DNA of 64,000 nucleotides, from assembly GCA_977017645.1 (NCBI GenBank), contig OZ360219.1:154256001-154320000 (forward strand), in the 5' to 3' direction. Shown one piece after another: positions 12,005-25,629 of the stretch. The notes under the pieces were generated by a model that saw nothing but the letters and a program-made list of their open reading frames with translations, had not been told where the DNA came from and searched no databases. Within the stretch, counting starts at the first letter, position 1, and the number at the start of each line of letters is the position of its first letter. This DNA is from Torpedo marmorata (lineage: Eukaryota). The position numbers were made by a program, and so were the translations under genes.

Positions 12005-15000
12005 ATGCATCATAATTTTTCCCTTCACTTACTTCTCTCATCAATTCCTGAGTTTTCAAAAGGTATCCATTACAAATCTATATTTAAAAAAAAATCTGAA
12101 TTATACTTCATACTTCACTGCATCCTGCTTTGTATGAAGTCTATTTCCTTCTCAGCCATTTTTTGGTTGGATTCACTCTGTGGACAATGAAATAGAACTT
12201 CCAACATATTCCTTTACATGAATTATTCTTTGCACAAAATGAACAGAAACCCTCAATGAAATAGGAATTCCTATCTCCATAAACAAAAACAGAAACTGCT
12301 GGAAGTACTCATGAGGTCAGACACCATTTCAAGTGATGTCTTTTTTCAGTGTATGGATCATTAACCTGAAATGTTAACTCTGTCTCTCTCCAAGGTGGTT
12401 CCCTAATCTCTAGTTTTTATTTTGGATCTCTGGCATCTCCAGTTTTGCCACTTTCAGATTTATTTTGCCTTTACTTGCATCTTCCATTACAGTTTGCTTT
12501 TTTTAATGCATACCTACTATTAATTAAACACTGCATTTTGTCAATTCGTTTTCTACTATGTTTAATTTAAGTCTATTTGTCACAAAATACCTAGCACTGT
12601 GAGAAGAGCTCTTCTGCAAATTGGTTATCCCTAATGTTCATACAGCTGTGCAAGGAGCATAATTAGAATATAGGATTGCAATGAAAAGATTAATTAGCAC
12701 CAAGGGCAGCATATTATTGGGTTCATTCAGGAGCCTGATAACGGCAGGGAAGAAACTGGCTTTAAGCCTGTTGGTGTGTGCTTCCGCACTCTTAAGCCTA
12801 TGATACAATCCCATGCCCAAGCACAATTTTCCTTTATTTCTGACTGTAAATCAACTATTTCCAGTTTCCTTTGTGTACACATTTAAAACAGTTTTTTTAT
12901 TACATATTATTAGTGACCTATTGTAAACTTTTGTCTCAATAGGTCAGGATTGGCCATTCAGGGCAGAATTGAGATGGTTCCTCACCCCAAAGCAAGCAAA
13001 TCTTTGGAATTATTTGCTAAAGAGGGCAATGACGTTCAATATCATTGAGTATATTAAAGACAAAAGAGGAATAGATTTTAGCTATGAAGGTAATTGAGGA
13101 ATAAGAGATTAGTGAAGAAAAATTGCACTGAGGTAAAGGTCAGTCATGATCTTATTCAATAGCAGAGCAGGCACAAAGGGCTGAATGGCTTTATGTACAC
13201 GTATTTCCTGTTATGCTCTTTTCCGTATTTCCTATATTTGATTTAATTTTATCTTCACTACAAAATTAACTCTTCTCAATCTATTAAAACAGGCAATTAA
13301 AATTTTTATTTATTTATTTATTTTTTTACAAACAAACTCAAAACCAAGGAAATTTTATTCTAAATATTCAGGCCAGACTTAATGAAATAAAGTGCTCACA
13401 AGAGTGATGATTGTAAGATTATTCAAAGACAACTTAGTTTATTCTTCAGCATGCATGAACAGAATTTCTGCTACTCCAAGTTGAGAAAATATAAAGATTT
13501 ATCTGAAAGCAAAGCTATCTTTAATTCTTACCGCAAAGTGTTTGTCTCCTAATCAGGGATGCATCTTCTCAGCAATTACCTTGCCACCCCGCTGCTGAAA
13601 GCAATGAAACAATGCAGGGATGGGGAAGGGTGGTGGTGGGATAAAGAAGGGAAAGGAGTAAGAAGAGAACAGGGGAGAAGAGAAGAATATCAGGAACAAA
13701 GATGAACGGCAAATTTATTATGCCACCCAATCTCATACTAAATTAAGTTTTCTTGATCAGGAAATGGTCAGCTGTTTGCATAAATACTTCAGACGCCTAT
13801 TGCGAGGCACTGATTTGAAGCGATGGTTTTCAATCTGCACTGGAAATTCTACAATTTGGTTATATTTTAATAAGATTCGAATTGTTCTAAAAAAAAAAAC
13901 ACCTGCACTATTATAAATAGGTTCATGCAAAATAAATGGATGTGATGTATGCACATTTATAAAACTTAATTGTGTTAACTAGAATATAAGATTATGGAAT
14001 GACACGACATAGGAGATATTTTTGCTGTCGCAGCTGTGCTGGATCATGAATTGCTATTCAATTAGTGCTACATCCCTGTTTTTTCTCAATGGTCCTAAAA
14101 TCTGTCTAATTTCAAAATATTTATCTAATTGTCTTAATATTGAATTTATTTCCAGTATTCTTTTAGATAATGCATTGCCGATAACCAAGTTATTTTTCCT
14201 TGTGTAGCATCTTGTATGTTTGCCTATGAGCATAAACAGACATCCTCTGGTTATTTTGAACACCACAATAAAATCCTCCCCAAATCCTCTCTGCTGCAAA
14301 GAGGAAAAAATGACATTTATATAACCATCCCATCCTTATGCTTGGCACAATCAGAGAAAATCTACCCCACCCTTGATAACCTTCTGAGAGTGTAATACCC
14401 AGGAGTTTACACAATATTCCAGCCAGGGCTTGGATGAATTTAGCTTTGCTTTTAAACTTCATGCCTCTGTTCATAAAATTAAGGATCTTGTTTGGAATAG
14501 AATCAGTGGTAAGGAACAAATTCCACTCAATGACATGTTGAAACAGACCTTGATTGCTTGATGTTCCCACCTTCAAAGACCCATGATCCTGCATCCTCTT
14601 TAAAATGATTCCATGTACTTTAATTTTTTTCTATCAAAATGAACCACTTGACCCTTTCCTGCATAAAATGTCATCTTTCAAGTTGCCAAATTCACCAAGT
14701 CTTGCATAATCCCATTTATAGTTTACTAAATTTTTACAGGTTTCACGTCAGCTAGAAACATTGAAATTATGTAGACCAAAGCCAAGTTGATTCCTAGAAT
14801 TTACAAAGAGCAATGGTCCAAATGCTGGCCACAGGGATATCACTGCATGCTTAAATCTGGAAAAACAAATCATTCTTCTACTTTATGCCCCATAGCTATT
14901 ATTCATGCAACTGAAATTTTATATACAAATCAATCACAATACTCTCACCATATCACTCTCAGAACTCAAAAGCACATTCTAAGTGACAATCAGACTTGTT

Positions 15001-15535
15001 CTTTTAACTTATCCACACTATGCTGATTGATCAATAATTGCCAAGTTTAAACTCTCAGTTGTTTTAACAGAGGGGTTTATTTTTCAATATTTTTATTGAA
15101 CAGAGGGGTTTCAATGATTGTAATCTTCCAACCCTCTGGTACCACTCCCATGTTCAAGAACTGGAAGAATGTATCAAGAGCTTCTATAATTTCCACTTTT
15201 GTTGCCTCCAAGGAGAGGAGGTAACATTTTTATATTCAGCATTGAAAATCTTTCATGTATTTTCTTCTACATTCATTCTTACCGATTTCTCTATTACGTC
15301 TTCCTTTAGCCATTTGCAGCCTACTGCTCTTTGGTGAAGACAGTTATAAAATTCACACTCAGCACTTCAGCCATGGCTTTTGCTTTCATAAAAGTGGTCA
15401 CTCGTTTGATCCTACCTACAATTTTTTATATTGGAAACAGATTTCTGCATTTTTTTTTTTACATTACCTACAAATTTATTTTAATAAATTCACACTGTTT
15501 ATTGTCTTTCTCTGCAATTTTCTGTAGAAATAAAC

Positions 15536-15702
15536 AATGCTGGAGGAACTCAGCAGGCTAGGCAGCATCCATGGAAGGCAGATCGTGGAGTTTCAGGCCG
15601 AACCATTCGTCAGGAATCCTGACCAAGGATTTCATCCCTAAACATTGTCCATCTTTTGCCTTCCATGGATGCTGCCTAGCCCGCTGAGTTCAACCAGCAT
15701 TT
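15536..15702. mobile_element. Palindromic pair of PLE pLTR ends (fold-back remnant)
   Basis: AATGCTGGAGGAACTCAGCAGGCTAGGCAGCATCCATGGAAGGCA near-perfectly complements the right arm. The centre is TCAGGA-A-TCCTGA, with decayed hammerhead-like sequence on both sides. Confidence 0.75.
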
Positions 15703-15779
15703 TGTGTTTCTCCAGTTTTTAAGCATCTGCAGTCTCGATGACCTCTTTAGTGCTATTTGTCCATTAAATAATGTTCATG

Positions 15780-16930
15780 CATTTATTACCTCAATGTCAA
15801 ATACCATGGCAAAATTAAGCAATCTAGGTCTGTTTCAAATGCGTTGTGGAGTGGAATTTGGTTCTTAAGACCAATTCCATTCCATCCATGCCGTTTCATT
15901 TGATAAAGTTCCACAAAGCAGGTTGATCAGGAAAGTAAAAGCCAATGGAATCAAAATTAAGATAATAACTAAGGAATAAACAGCTAAGTGGAGTGAGGGC
16001 AAAGATTAAAAAGAATTTTAGTGATTACAGCATTGTATGCTCTGAAGTTCTGCATGGCTTAGTACTATCAAGTCTTTTCACATATTTATCAAGGGTTTGA
16101 ACTCAAATCCATGAACTAAGATTGTTTGCAAAACTGAAAGTAAAACTTGTAGTGAAGTACTTGGCCACAGAAAAATATGAATAGACTGCTTAGGAGGGTG
16201 CAGAAGTGGCAAATTGATTTCAATCTGGAAAAATGTGAAGTTATGAATTGGGGAGGGCAAACAAGACAAGGAAATATATAATAAATAGGAAGTTACTAAT
16301 AAATGTAGAGAAACAGATATATTCTGAAACATACAGAAGCAAGTGTTTCACAGAGCATCAGGGAGACTTGCTTTGATTAGCCAAAGTAGAGAACTGTTAT
16401 ATAAAAGGCACTGTTTGACCTGCTGAGTTTCTCCAGCATTTGTGTTTTTTACTTCAACCACGGTGTCCACAGATTTTCGTGTTTTACTTACGAACTGTTA
16501 TATTAGCTAGGCAACAACTTGAATGTGTAGAGTTCTTGTCACCAATTCAGAAGAATGCAATAGGTAAGAGTTACAAGGATGTCACTGGGGTAGACTGAGC
16601 TTTTTTGTACAAACATGGATGTGAGACTTAATTGAGGTGCATGTAGATTAAATACTGAAACAGGGTGAAAAAGACATCTTCCTTGGGACAGATGTAGGTA
16701 ATTAAAGCACATACAATTAATTGTTAGAAGGATTTAAAGGAAATTGAGGGAATATTTGTTTCACTTAAGGAGCAGCTGGAGTATGGAACTCACTGCTGAA
16801 AGGGTGATGGATACAAGAAACATACATCACATGCAAAAAGCAGCTGAACACATGAAGAGTTGTAGCCTACAAAGTTACAAAGAACTGGGAAATAGGAGAA
16901 ACCCAAGTAGCTCTATTATTGACCCGAATT
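15780..16930 (+). mobile_element. Old CR1-like LINE fragment
   Basis: Decayed matches to CR1 ORF2-type sequence (tttgataaagttccaca, aagtggcaaattgatttcaatctggaaaaatgtgaagttatg). Boundaries approximate. Confidence 0.55.
16403..16491 (+). mobile_element. Short PLE 3'-end insertion inside the CR1 fragment
   Basis: Matches the terminal ~90 bp of the other PLE copies. 12-bp TSD GAACTGTTATAT at 16391-16402 and 16492-16503. Confidence 0.85.
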
Positions 16931-19900
16931 GACAAAATTGAATAAATGCCTCCTCCTATCCAGCTATACACATAACTGTTCATTGTCCAAACAGACCACT
17001 CAAATTCATAGTTGCTTTGGTCTTCTGTAATTCTTCCAAGTGGTATTCTCCTCATTGTCCTCTTTCAATTCTCTCTTTAAACTGTTATAAACTTTATCTG
17101 ATGGCAATATCCACAATTCTACCAACATAGATTTATGTTTAAAACACAGAGACAGTTAAGGATCAACAAAGGTTTAAATTCCCTCAAGTATTGAAGATAG
17201 AGGCAACCTTGAATTGCAATTTTCTTTAACGAAAAGATATGGACAATCCCAATCCATATTAAGAACATGGGCAGATAAAATTAGAGGTAGGTACAATACA
17301 AGAGAGCACATTCTCACACAGAGGAAGCTCTTAAAAGGGTGCAGATATAACAACAGACATTTTTAAGAGTTGGGTAAATTCTGATAGATTAGGACCTCTA
17401 AAGATTAAGGAGTAAAAGAGATAAATTGAGGTACGATCAACCATGACTTAACTGAATGGTAAAGCAGTTACAAGACCGAAAGGTCTGTTCCTGTTCATAA
17501 TATAAATTTAATCCATATTTAACAATCATCTGATTTATATGTTCTTATTCTGCCTTCTCAGTTCTTAGTTTAATAATCAAGGATGCAGATCAGGACCTCT
17601 AATTGATATGTACATGCTTTTTCACAATCGAACTTGAAAAGTATCAACAGTTTCTAATACAACACACGACTAAAATAAGTATCTTCAAAATAAAAAATAA
17701 TTTTGACTTTTCAGTGAATAATGCATACAAGAAATTATAGACATTCACAGAAATATCAACTCATTTCAGTAGCTCCTACAACCAAGTTTTACTATTATAA
17801 ATCTCAAGATCATGGAATTATTGCAGCATGGAATGACATCATTTTGACCACTCAGCACTCTCCCCTTCTGCACCTCCACTCAACCATCTACAACATCAAG
17901 CTAATCAATTTCATTTCAAAGCTATTATATCTCCAGAAAAATAAAAATCCCTCAACTAACCCCATTCTTCATCTTCAAACGTGATGTGATAAATAATGTC
18001 TAACTGTTATAATTTAACTATAAACAAAAAGGACCTGAAATGGGTTTAAAAAATAATTGCAGATTTTCTTAGATAAATTAATGACTAACTTTTAAAATAA
18101 AATTAATAATTACCGGTATATTTCAAAGACAAATGAGATACCGGTATTTATGTGACTAATGCCTGCAAAAGATTACATAATGTCAACAATGCTTGTAGTG
18201 CAATGAGATTCTGTTGTTGAAGTGCTTGAGTTAATATAACTAGACAGCAGTAGAGGAACTTTTAGAATTAGTCATGTAAAATAGTTTCAACTACATTTTT
18301 TTCTTCTGTCTACTGGGATGCAGAATAAAGAACATGGAAGACAGAACGTTATGATCTACTGTACATAAAAAAGACAACAATCACATTTTACTAGTTTTCA
18401 ATTTTATGTGCAAAAGCATCAAAGTGCTTTACTACAAATTACAACCTATAAACAATTAAAACAGCTGAAATCTGTACAGATTGAGGATTATTAAACAACA
18501 CATAAGAAAACAGAATCACAGTAAATGTATAACACCACATGACATTGTCCAGATAACATTGTTTTCATTAGAAAATATTGTAATAAATAATTCATGAATA
18601 TAGTGCAATTGATTTATGCATAAATATAACTAATCATCTAAAATCAGTTTTACATTTACATTAACCAATTTTTAAAATCAAGGCAGCCACAGAGTTCAGC
18701 TATATTACTGTGAAAATGGAAATACTGCACTGCAATTTGAAAATAAACAAGTGATAAATCTGTATTTACTGCAAACTAAAAATTAGTTTTAATAAACGTA
18801 ATATACAATATAAAATTTCCCCATCATCTACCAGAAAATGGTTTTGAACATTACTGAGCAGTAGTTCTAAAAACAGAGGCACTGTTTTGCAATACAAAAT
18901 CTTTTTTCAGAAACATTCTTAAGTACTAAAGTTGGTTGTCACGATATTAACATTATGGGGAAATCTAATTAAAAACAGATAGTGGCACAGTAGTCAAACA
19001 TGTAGTGTTTAAAAAATCTATTTTCCTGTCACTAAAGATAATCAAATCTGGTGTTTAATACACATTACATAAAGCTAAGAAGCTCTCAAAGTTAAGAAAA
19101 ATGTAAAACCACTAAATTTGTTTTATTCAATTAATGTTGTTGGTAATCTTTTAAAAAAAAATTTACTTTTAAATTATGCATTCCCTTCACTCAACCCTCT
19201 TTATTTTCTTGGTCATTTAAATTTTTTGCTTTGAAAATAAAAATAGAAATGCCATTGAAATGTTTGACTGTAAAAGATCAATGTTTCCTGTTAATTCAAG
19301 TTACTAATAAACTTTCAATGTAACATAGCATGAAATGATTTAAAGGAACAAGAGAACAATAACCAATAACAATATCGTGACATCCCTAGTACTAATCTGG
19401 AACCATATCTTAAAGGGCTTTTGTAATGCTTGCATTAAAATTGAGTCTAAATTCTAAAAATGACTAAACCGAACAATGTCACTTTTGTTTTTATGGCGAG
19501 ATAGCAGAATGCTAATGTATCCATACTGCCAAAGCAAAGAAAGCCTGATTTTTTTATACTATCCATTTTAATGACAGAAGGCAATTTCACCAAATCGTTA
19601 AAATTGTGAATGGGTTCTCTTAACTGTTTCAAAGCTTCAGTAGGAACTACAACGGTAAGACCTTCAACCCAAATCCAAAGTGTTTTTTTTTTAAAATATA
19701 AAACTTATCTATTCCAAGTCACAAAATTAGAAAACTGATTAGCAACACAAGAGACTTAAAATTGTTCAAAGCTTTTCTTAACTATTCATACAGAGACCCT
19801 GATTTCAAAAAGCTGTTTTCTAGTAAATCTATATCAAAATGTAACAGCTGAATTTGGTAATCTTTAAATGTATATGATCAACACAAACCAAATGAATGTA

Positions 19901-21758
19901 AAATGAGAAGAGCAGCTGTTGATTTTGTATTGAGAGTGACATATGAACACAAGAACTGAAATAGCTGGATTAGATTTGTAAAACTTGAAGCATTTTCAAA
20001 GTCTCTGACAAGAACACAATTAACTTAGCAGCAGGTAAGTTTACAGTTAGCAAAATTCCGCCTTGGGAGTGTGAAAAATGTAACCTTGTTATCACATCCT
20101 ATACCTACATTTTTTCATTAAATACAGACTAACAGGAGCAATAAAACATACTATTCTCTTCAGTGCATCTTATGCATCACGCTCTATACAGTGCTATCAA
20201 TTTGTTAGTCATTTTGTTCGAACCTATAGCTTATCCAGGTCAATAAAACTAAGAATTTTTCAAATTTTCATACATCCCATAAAATGGGAGCATCTCAAAC
20301 TATAGGCAAGTTTCATTATGCACCATTTCCTCTTAAAAGTAATTATAGTGGGTACCAAAAATTAGGAAAAAAAAAATTTAAAACTTTTATTTTATTTGTT
20401 AATATTGGGCACTGAAGCATCAATGCTTTAAGTGTGAAGTCAGAAAATTTAGTTTCCCATTTTACCAAAATGCCAATCTCATCCACTATGTTTGCATGCA
20501 AGACTTATGGTGTAAGGGTAGAGTTGGGGAAAAGTGTTCTCATGATTTCAGTGAAGTCAGCCAGTGGAAGGCACAAAACCTGAGAGTGGACTGCGTCTGC
20601 AAAGTAGCACATGGTTAAGTGGACTGTGGAAATTCTAAGGGGCAAAAGGGGGAAACAATAACCTCATGACCAGGTCCCAGTTTGGGGTTCAGCAGCTGAA
20701 AGTCTCACACCAGGCTCTCAGCTGCTGGCAACTGGCTTTGTGTGAAGGTGCTGATGGTGAACAGGGCTCCACAAGAGCCTTGGGTGCTAATGGCTCCTAA
20801 TGCTTTGGGGGTTTGGAACCAGGAGTCATGGAGGAATGCCCCGAGCTCATTGCAGGACAGGAGGTTGTGTGGCTACGGAGGGTACATGGCACAGGAGATG
20901 GTGGCATTGGAGGAGGTGGCAGGATCCACTGACACAATGTTTTTTGCTTCTCTTTTTTGTCTTGATAGTGGCACTTTATCAATAGTGCCCCTTTGTATGA
21001 CTTTGCAGAGCAATCAAAGATTTTTGTGTACCTGACAACAAATGGAACCTCGAATTAAATAAATAAATAAACATCTTGTCGACAAGGCTGATTAATTAAT
21101 ACAGAACCTTATAGCTCTTAAAAAACAAAACTTGTTTTAACCAGCCAATCCACTGTTGGCACTCTCTAAATTTCACACTTTTAAAATTAGTGAAACTAAT
21201 GTCTGCATTACTAAACAATTTGAAACACAAATCTGATCTGTGTAAGTTAAATCACAATGGCCTGGACATAAACATAGCTCACAACGTGCTCCAACATCTT
21301 CCTTAATTAAAATGTGTTTACATTGATTTAACTTTTTTAATTTTCTGTAACTTTCAGTTGGCAGGTTGATTTTGTACAAGAATCAAATTTTCTTACCCAT
21401 TTTAGGTAGTAAGACTGGTCAGTTCATTGCTATTATTGAATTGGGCTCAGGGAGCCAATCCTATTAAATAATGTTGTGTTTGCTACTATTTGTGTCTTTC
21501 AACCGAATCTCTGAAAACACTTACAACGTGACAATTTTCTTTCTACAACTTCTAAACACAGATAGTATTATTCTACAAGAGCATTATGATGAGAACTAGC
21601 AAATATAACTGCACTTAAGTATATTCCTTTTGAAGTACAGTTAGATCCCTGCTTGAAACTATGCTTTGCCTGAAGGCCAAAGGGTGGTTTTACAATACTA
21701 GTTAAATAGCATTTACTGTATGGTGAAGTCCATCTGAGTTACATCCCTTTAGGAGGAT

Positions 21759-22809
21759 TTATGTAGACTTGTTGCTACTTTTGGAGCTGCTTGTCCCTGA
21801 ATTTGTCATACTGAACAACCCAGTGTCTGTTAATCTGAGTTTCTTCTTCGGAGGTGTCTTCAGTGTCCCAGATCGTTCTTTTACTTTGTATTCTAAAGTG
21901 CTGTGAGGTACACCATAAATCCCTTGTGCTTTAGAGACACTCATTTTTCCACTCATCACCATTGTAATAGCTTCTTCCAAAATGTCATGATCATATTGCC
22001 GATAACGGCCACGCTTTTTTCTTGGTTGTTTACTGTCTTTTAGACTAATATGATCCTGACTATCGCTTTCAGATGGCACATCAATTGTGCCATTTTTTAC
22101 ATTAAGACATAGCGGAGAAAGGTCTCCACGCAGTAGGTAGGAATCAACACTAGAATGAGTCAAAGGTAAAGAACATTCAATTTTACTCTGCTTGGGCAGG
22201 ATAGTTTTGAGTTTTTGAAGAGCTGATCCTTCCAGCAGCGAGGAGGTCTTTGATACCTGGTACATAACATTGAGGAGGCCACAGCTGTCAGACTGGGTTT
22301 TGGGCACAGAGCTTGATCGTACCTGAGGGATTTTTAACTGAACAACAGAGCTACTAACACTTTCTCTATGAAGGTTGTCACCTTTTTCTTTTAGTTGTGT
22401 AACCATTCTTTGCAGGGTTAATTGATGGAGGTAACTGGAAGCGGTGGGGAACTTCAACTCTGAGGTTTCTAGATGTGAGAGTTTTCGGTATGTGCTGCAT
22501 TGATCAGGACTACGTTCTGCCTGAGCTCTGGCCCACAATGCAACTTTTTGTAGAAGAGCATTCGGTTCCCCAAAGGTCTTCGATAAACAACCTTCTCTGG
22601 TGTCTCTGGTTTTACTTTTCAATGGTACTGCTCCTCCTGATAAGGCTTCCAAATGAAAAAGTAAAGTCTGGTGAGGTATTCCATAAAGTATGGCTGCTTT
22701 ATTCATGTCCAATGCCCCTGACTGAATGTCTTTCAAGGCCTTTGAAAGCAAACCATCTGCAAATTCAGCACTTCGTTTCACGTGCTCTTCAGTGTTTTTC
22801 TGTAGTCTC
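21759..22809 (-). CDS. LCORL: LCORL canonical terminal coding exon (pipsqueak-type HTH domains, basic NLS)
   Basis: Acceptor CATCCTAG|G completes the phase-2 Gly. Encodes RLQKN...[23 protein letters not shown]...[53 protein letters not shown]...TPPKKKLRL, ending in TAA at 21759-21761. Confidence 0.96.
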
Positions 22810-23799
22810 CTAGGATGGATGGAATGAAACGATGGTAAGCTGACGCATGAGACTGGCACACAGCTATGGAAGGGTAGGGTCCACTCCTTTATTACAGGCT
22901 TGCTTGGGTAACATCACTGCTTCTCTCACTGTTTAAGTCTTTGAGTTCTGGCTGTTATTGCTTAAAGTTGCAAAAGATTACAGTTCTGATGGGCAGTGCA
23001 AATGTTTGATTGCACTTCTAAAGCAGTCTCGGCAAGAGCTTTATGTTACAGTTCAATATTTTTGTCAATGTTTCTTGAAGTTGTTATCTTGTGATAGTTG
23101 CTTGCAAAACAAAAGTACAACTTTCACAGTTTTAAGCTTCAATTAATGTCCTTTTCAATTTACTAAGTCCTAAAGCAATGTGTTAGTAGAAACGTGACGT
23201 TACCGCTAAACAAGTAATAAAAGAGTCAACCCTCTTTTGTTTCCAGGCAGGGTATTGCAATCACAACATGTTAAGAACTTTTCCAAAATATTGCACAAAA
23301 CATGAAGCACAAGCCACATTAACACTGCACAACAACAATTCACAGTGACAATCCAAATGTGACATTTTAGAACTAATATTTTTAAACACATCCAGGTTAA
23401 ACAGATAAGGATGCCAATTTTAGTTTTGGCCACATGCCATTACTATTAACAACATTTATTTTGCATTTTTTAAAGAAAAATATACAAAGTCATTACAACT
23501 GTTCCAATATCAATACATTTATCCTAAAAGTACAACTTTCTTGGAGATTGCTTAGAAATACCTTAAGTGCCAGAAGTGTCAATATAAATTAGACTAGTTG
23601 TAAATACCAAAGAGTACATTACAGTTATTTAACAAAAACATGTATGCATCTAACTCAAGGACATTTAGTATTAATAGGCATTTCTTTTAGATATTCATAA
23701 TTACTTATAATTAAGTTTTTTTTGAAATACAATTAACGGATACAAATATTACATCATCAGTCTATTGACTGGAGTAGAAAATTATGGCAGGTAATGTTC

Positions 23800-24135
23800 A
23801 GAGGGAGATACAGATAGAAACAGGTCTTTGGTCCACTGAGTCCTCATCAAACATCAATATCCATAAACACTAATCCTATATTAATTCCATTTTATTATCC
23901 CACATTCCCACCATTTCCCCCATATTCTACCTATCACCTACACACAAGGGACAAGTTTAAAGTGACCAACTAACCTACCAACATGGAATATGGGAGGAAC
24001 CAGAACTACCTGAGGGACAACCTATGTGATCACAAGGAGAATGTGCAACCTCCACAAAGAGAACACAAGCAGTCAGGATTGAACCCAAGTCTCTGGTGCT
24101 ATGAGGCAGCAGGTCTACAAGCTGAACCACTATAC
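23800..24135 (-). mobile_element. tRNA-derived V-SINE-like element
   Basis: Minus strand has B-box GGGTTCAATCC followed by V-domain-like TTTGTGGAGGTTGCACATTCTCCTTGTG. Boundaries approximate. Confidence 0.65.
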
Positions 24136-24936
24136 TTTCCACCTCACTACAACAATATCATGTTGAAAAAAATCCCAACTGCCAGCACTTCTGATCCAAG
24201 AGATTTTCAGCATGATTCATGTTAATAGCATAATACTTACAAATTATTAATGCAGTAAATGTTTGTATTTGTTGTGTCCCTTCTACAGGGATAGGGAAAT
24301 AATTTATTAATCTTTCTAAAAAATATGCTCAATAATTGAGTATTCACTGGCCTCTCTGAAGATCAGTTTACATGATTAATGATGAATTAACAATAGTAGG
24401 GGCCCAGCAATTGTGCAATGTCTGGAATATGAAACCAGACAGTGCACATCTGATTTGATGAAAACCAGTCATCTGAATTACTAATATAAACAGAAACATT
24501 ACAGAGCTACCATATCCGAATCAGAAAGACTGGAGGAACGTAAGAAAAATAACATACACAAAGACTCATGCACAGACTCCTTCTCCTTTCAACCTCAATT
24601 TAAATTTAAACAATTAATAAATTATAGCAAATACAAATCCTGAACATATTTAGACTAATACACTTTGAAATTGGCTAAGGGAAATGTATCTTGCGCCAAT
24701 TTACTATTATTTATTATTTAAGATGCAGTCTCTTCTACATTGCCGACTTCTTAGGTGATCACTTTGCCATATACCAATAATGAGTCTACAGCACTACTAT
24801 AAGCTTACGGTTATCCTCCTCTTTAATTCTCTATACTTCTCCCACCCAAATCCCTCTGTCCATGTCTTCATATACTGTTTCAGTAACATTCAACAAGTTC
24901 AAGGAATAAGGGCTCTTCTTTCTGCAGTATTGAGAG

Positions 24937-25322
24937 AGAACCATAGAACATTACCACACAGAAACAGGCCCCTTTGGCCCTTCTCGTCTGTGCCAAACCA
25001 TTTTTTTGCCTTGTCCCACTGACCTGCACCCAGTCCATAGCCCTCCATACCACTCCCATCCATGTACCTGTCCAAATTCTTCTTAAATGTTAAAATTGAG
25101 CGTGCATTCTCCACTTCAGCTGGCAGCTCGTTCCACACACCCACCACTCTCTTTGTGAAGAAGTTACCCCTAAACTTTTCCCCTTTCACCCTTAACCCAT
25201 GTCCTCTGGTTTGTATCTCACCTACCCTCAGTGGAAAAATGCCTATCTACATTTACTCTGTCTACACCCCTCATAACTTCAAATACCTCTATCAAATCTC
25301 CCCTCATTCTTCTGTGCTCCAA
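24937..25322 (-). mobile_element. CR1-like LINE 3' end
   Basis: ORF remnant FRGNFFTKRVVGVWNELPAEV...KKNLDRYM and tail TGTTCTATGGTTCT. Closely similar to 55767-56030. Confidence 0.8.
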
Positions 25323-25629
25323 CTTTAGATCTAATCACCCCAACACGCATTAGGGTTATTAATATTAAACAATAGAAATTTGATTACAGTTACAATCTGA
25401 TTGAATCTTGTGTTTGGAGTTCCCTTCATGGTTTTCCAAGTAAATGTACCCACTCCCTGACAAGATTTTTGATCTGACAAACTCCATTTTTCCTTCCACA
25501 TATATCCTAACATCCTAACCCTAACCTCTCAACAGTAGGTGCTCGTTATGGAAGATATTTGCACCATTTACTGAGAATGCAGACGGTGTGGACTTGTGCC
25601 TAGAATAGTGCCTCATTTTGATATGCAGC

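Noticed and set aside
17700-21758. Exact 3' UTR end and poly(A) site of the canonical isoform
   Set aside because: There are many AATAAA candidates in AT-rich sequence, so one cannot be chosen without transcript data.
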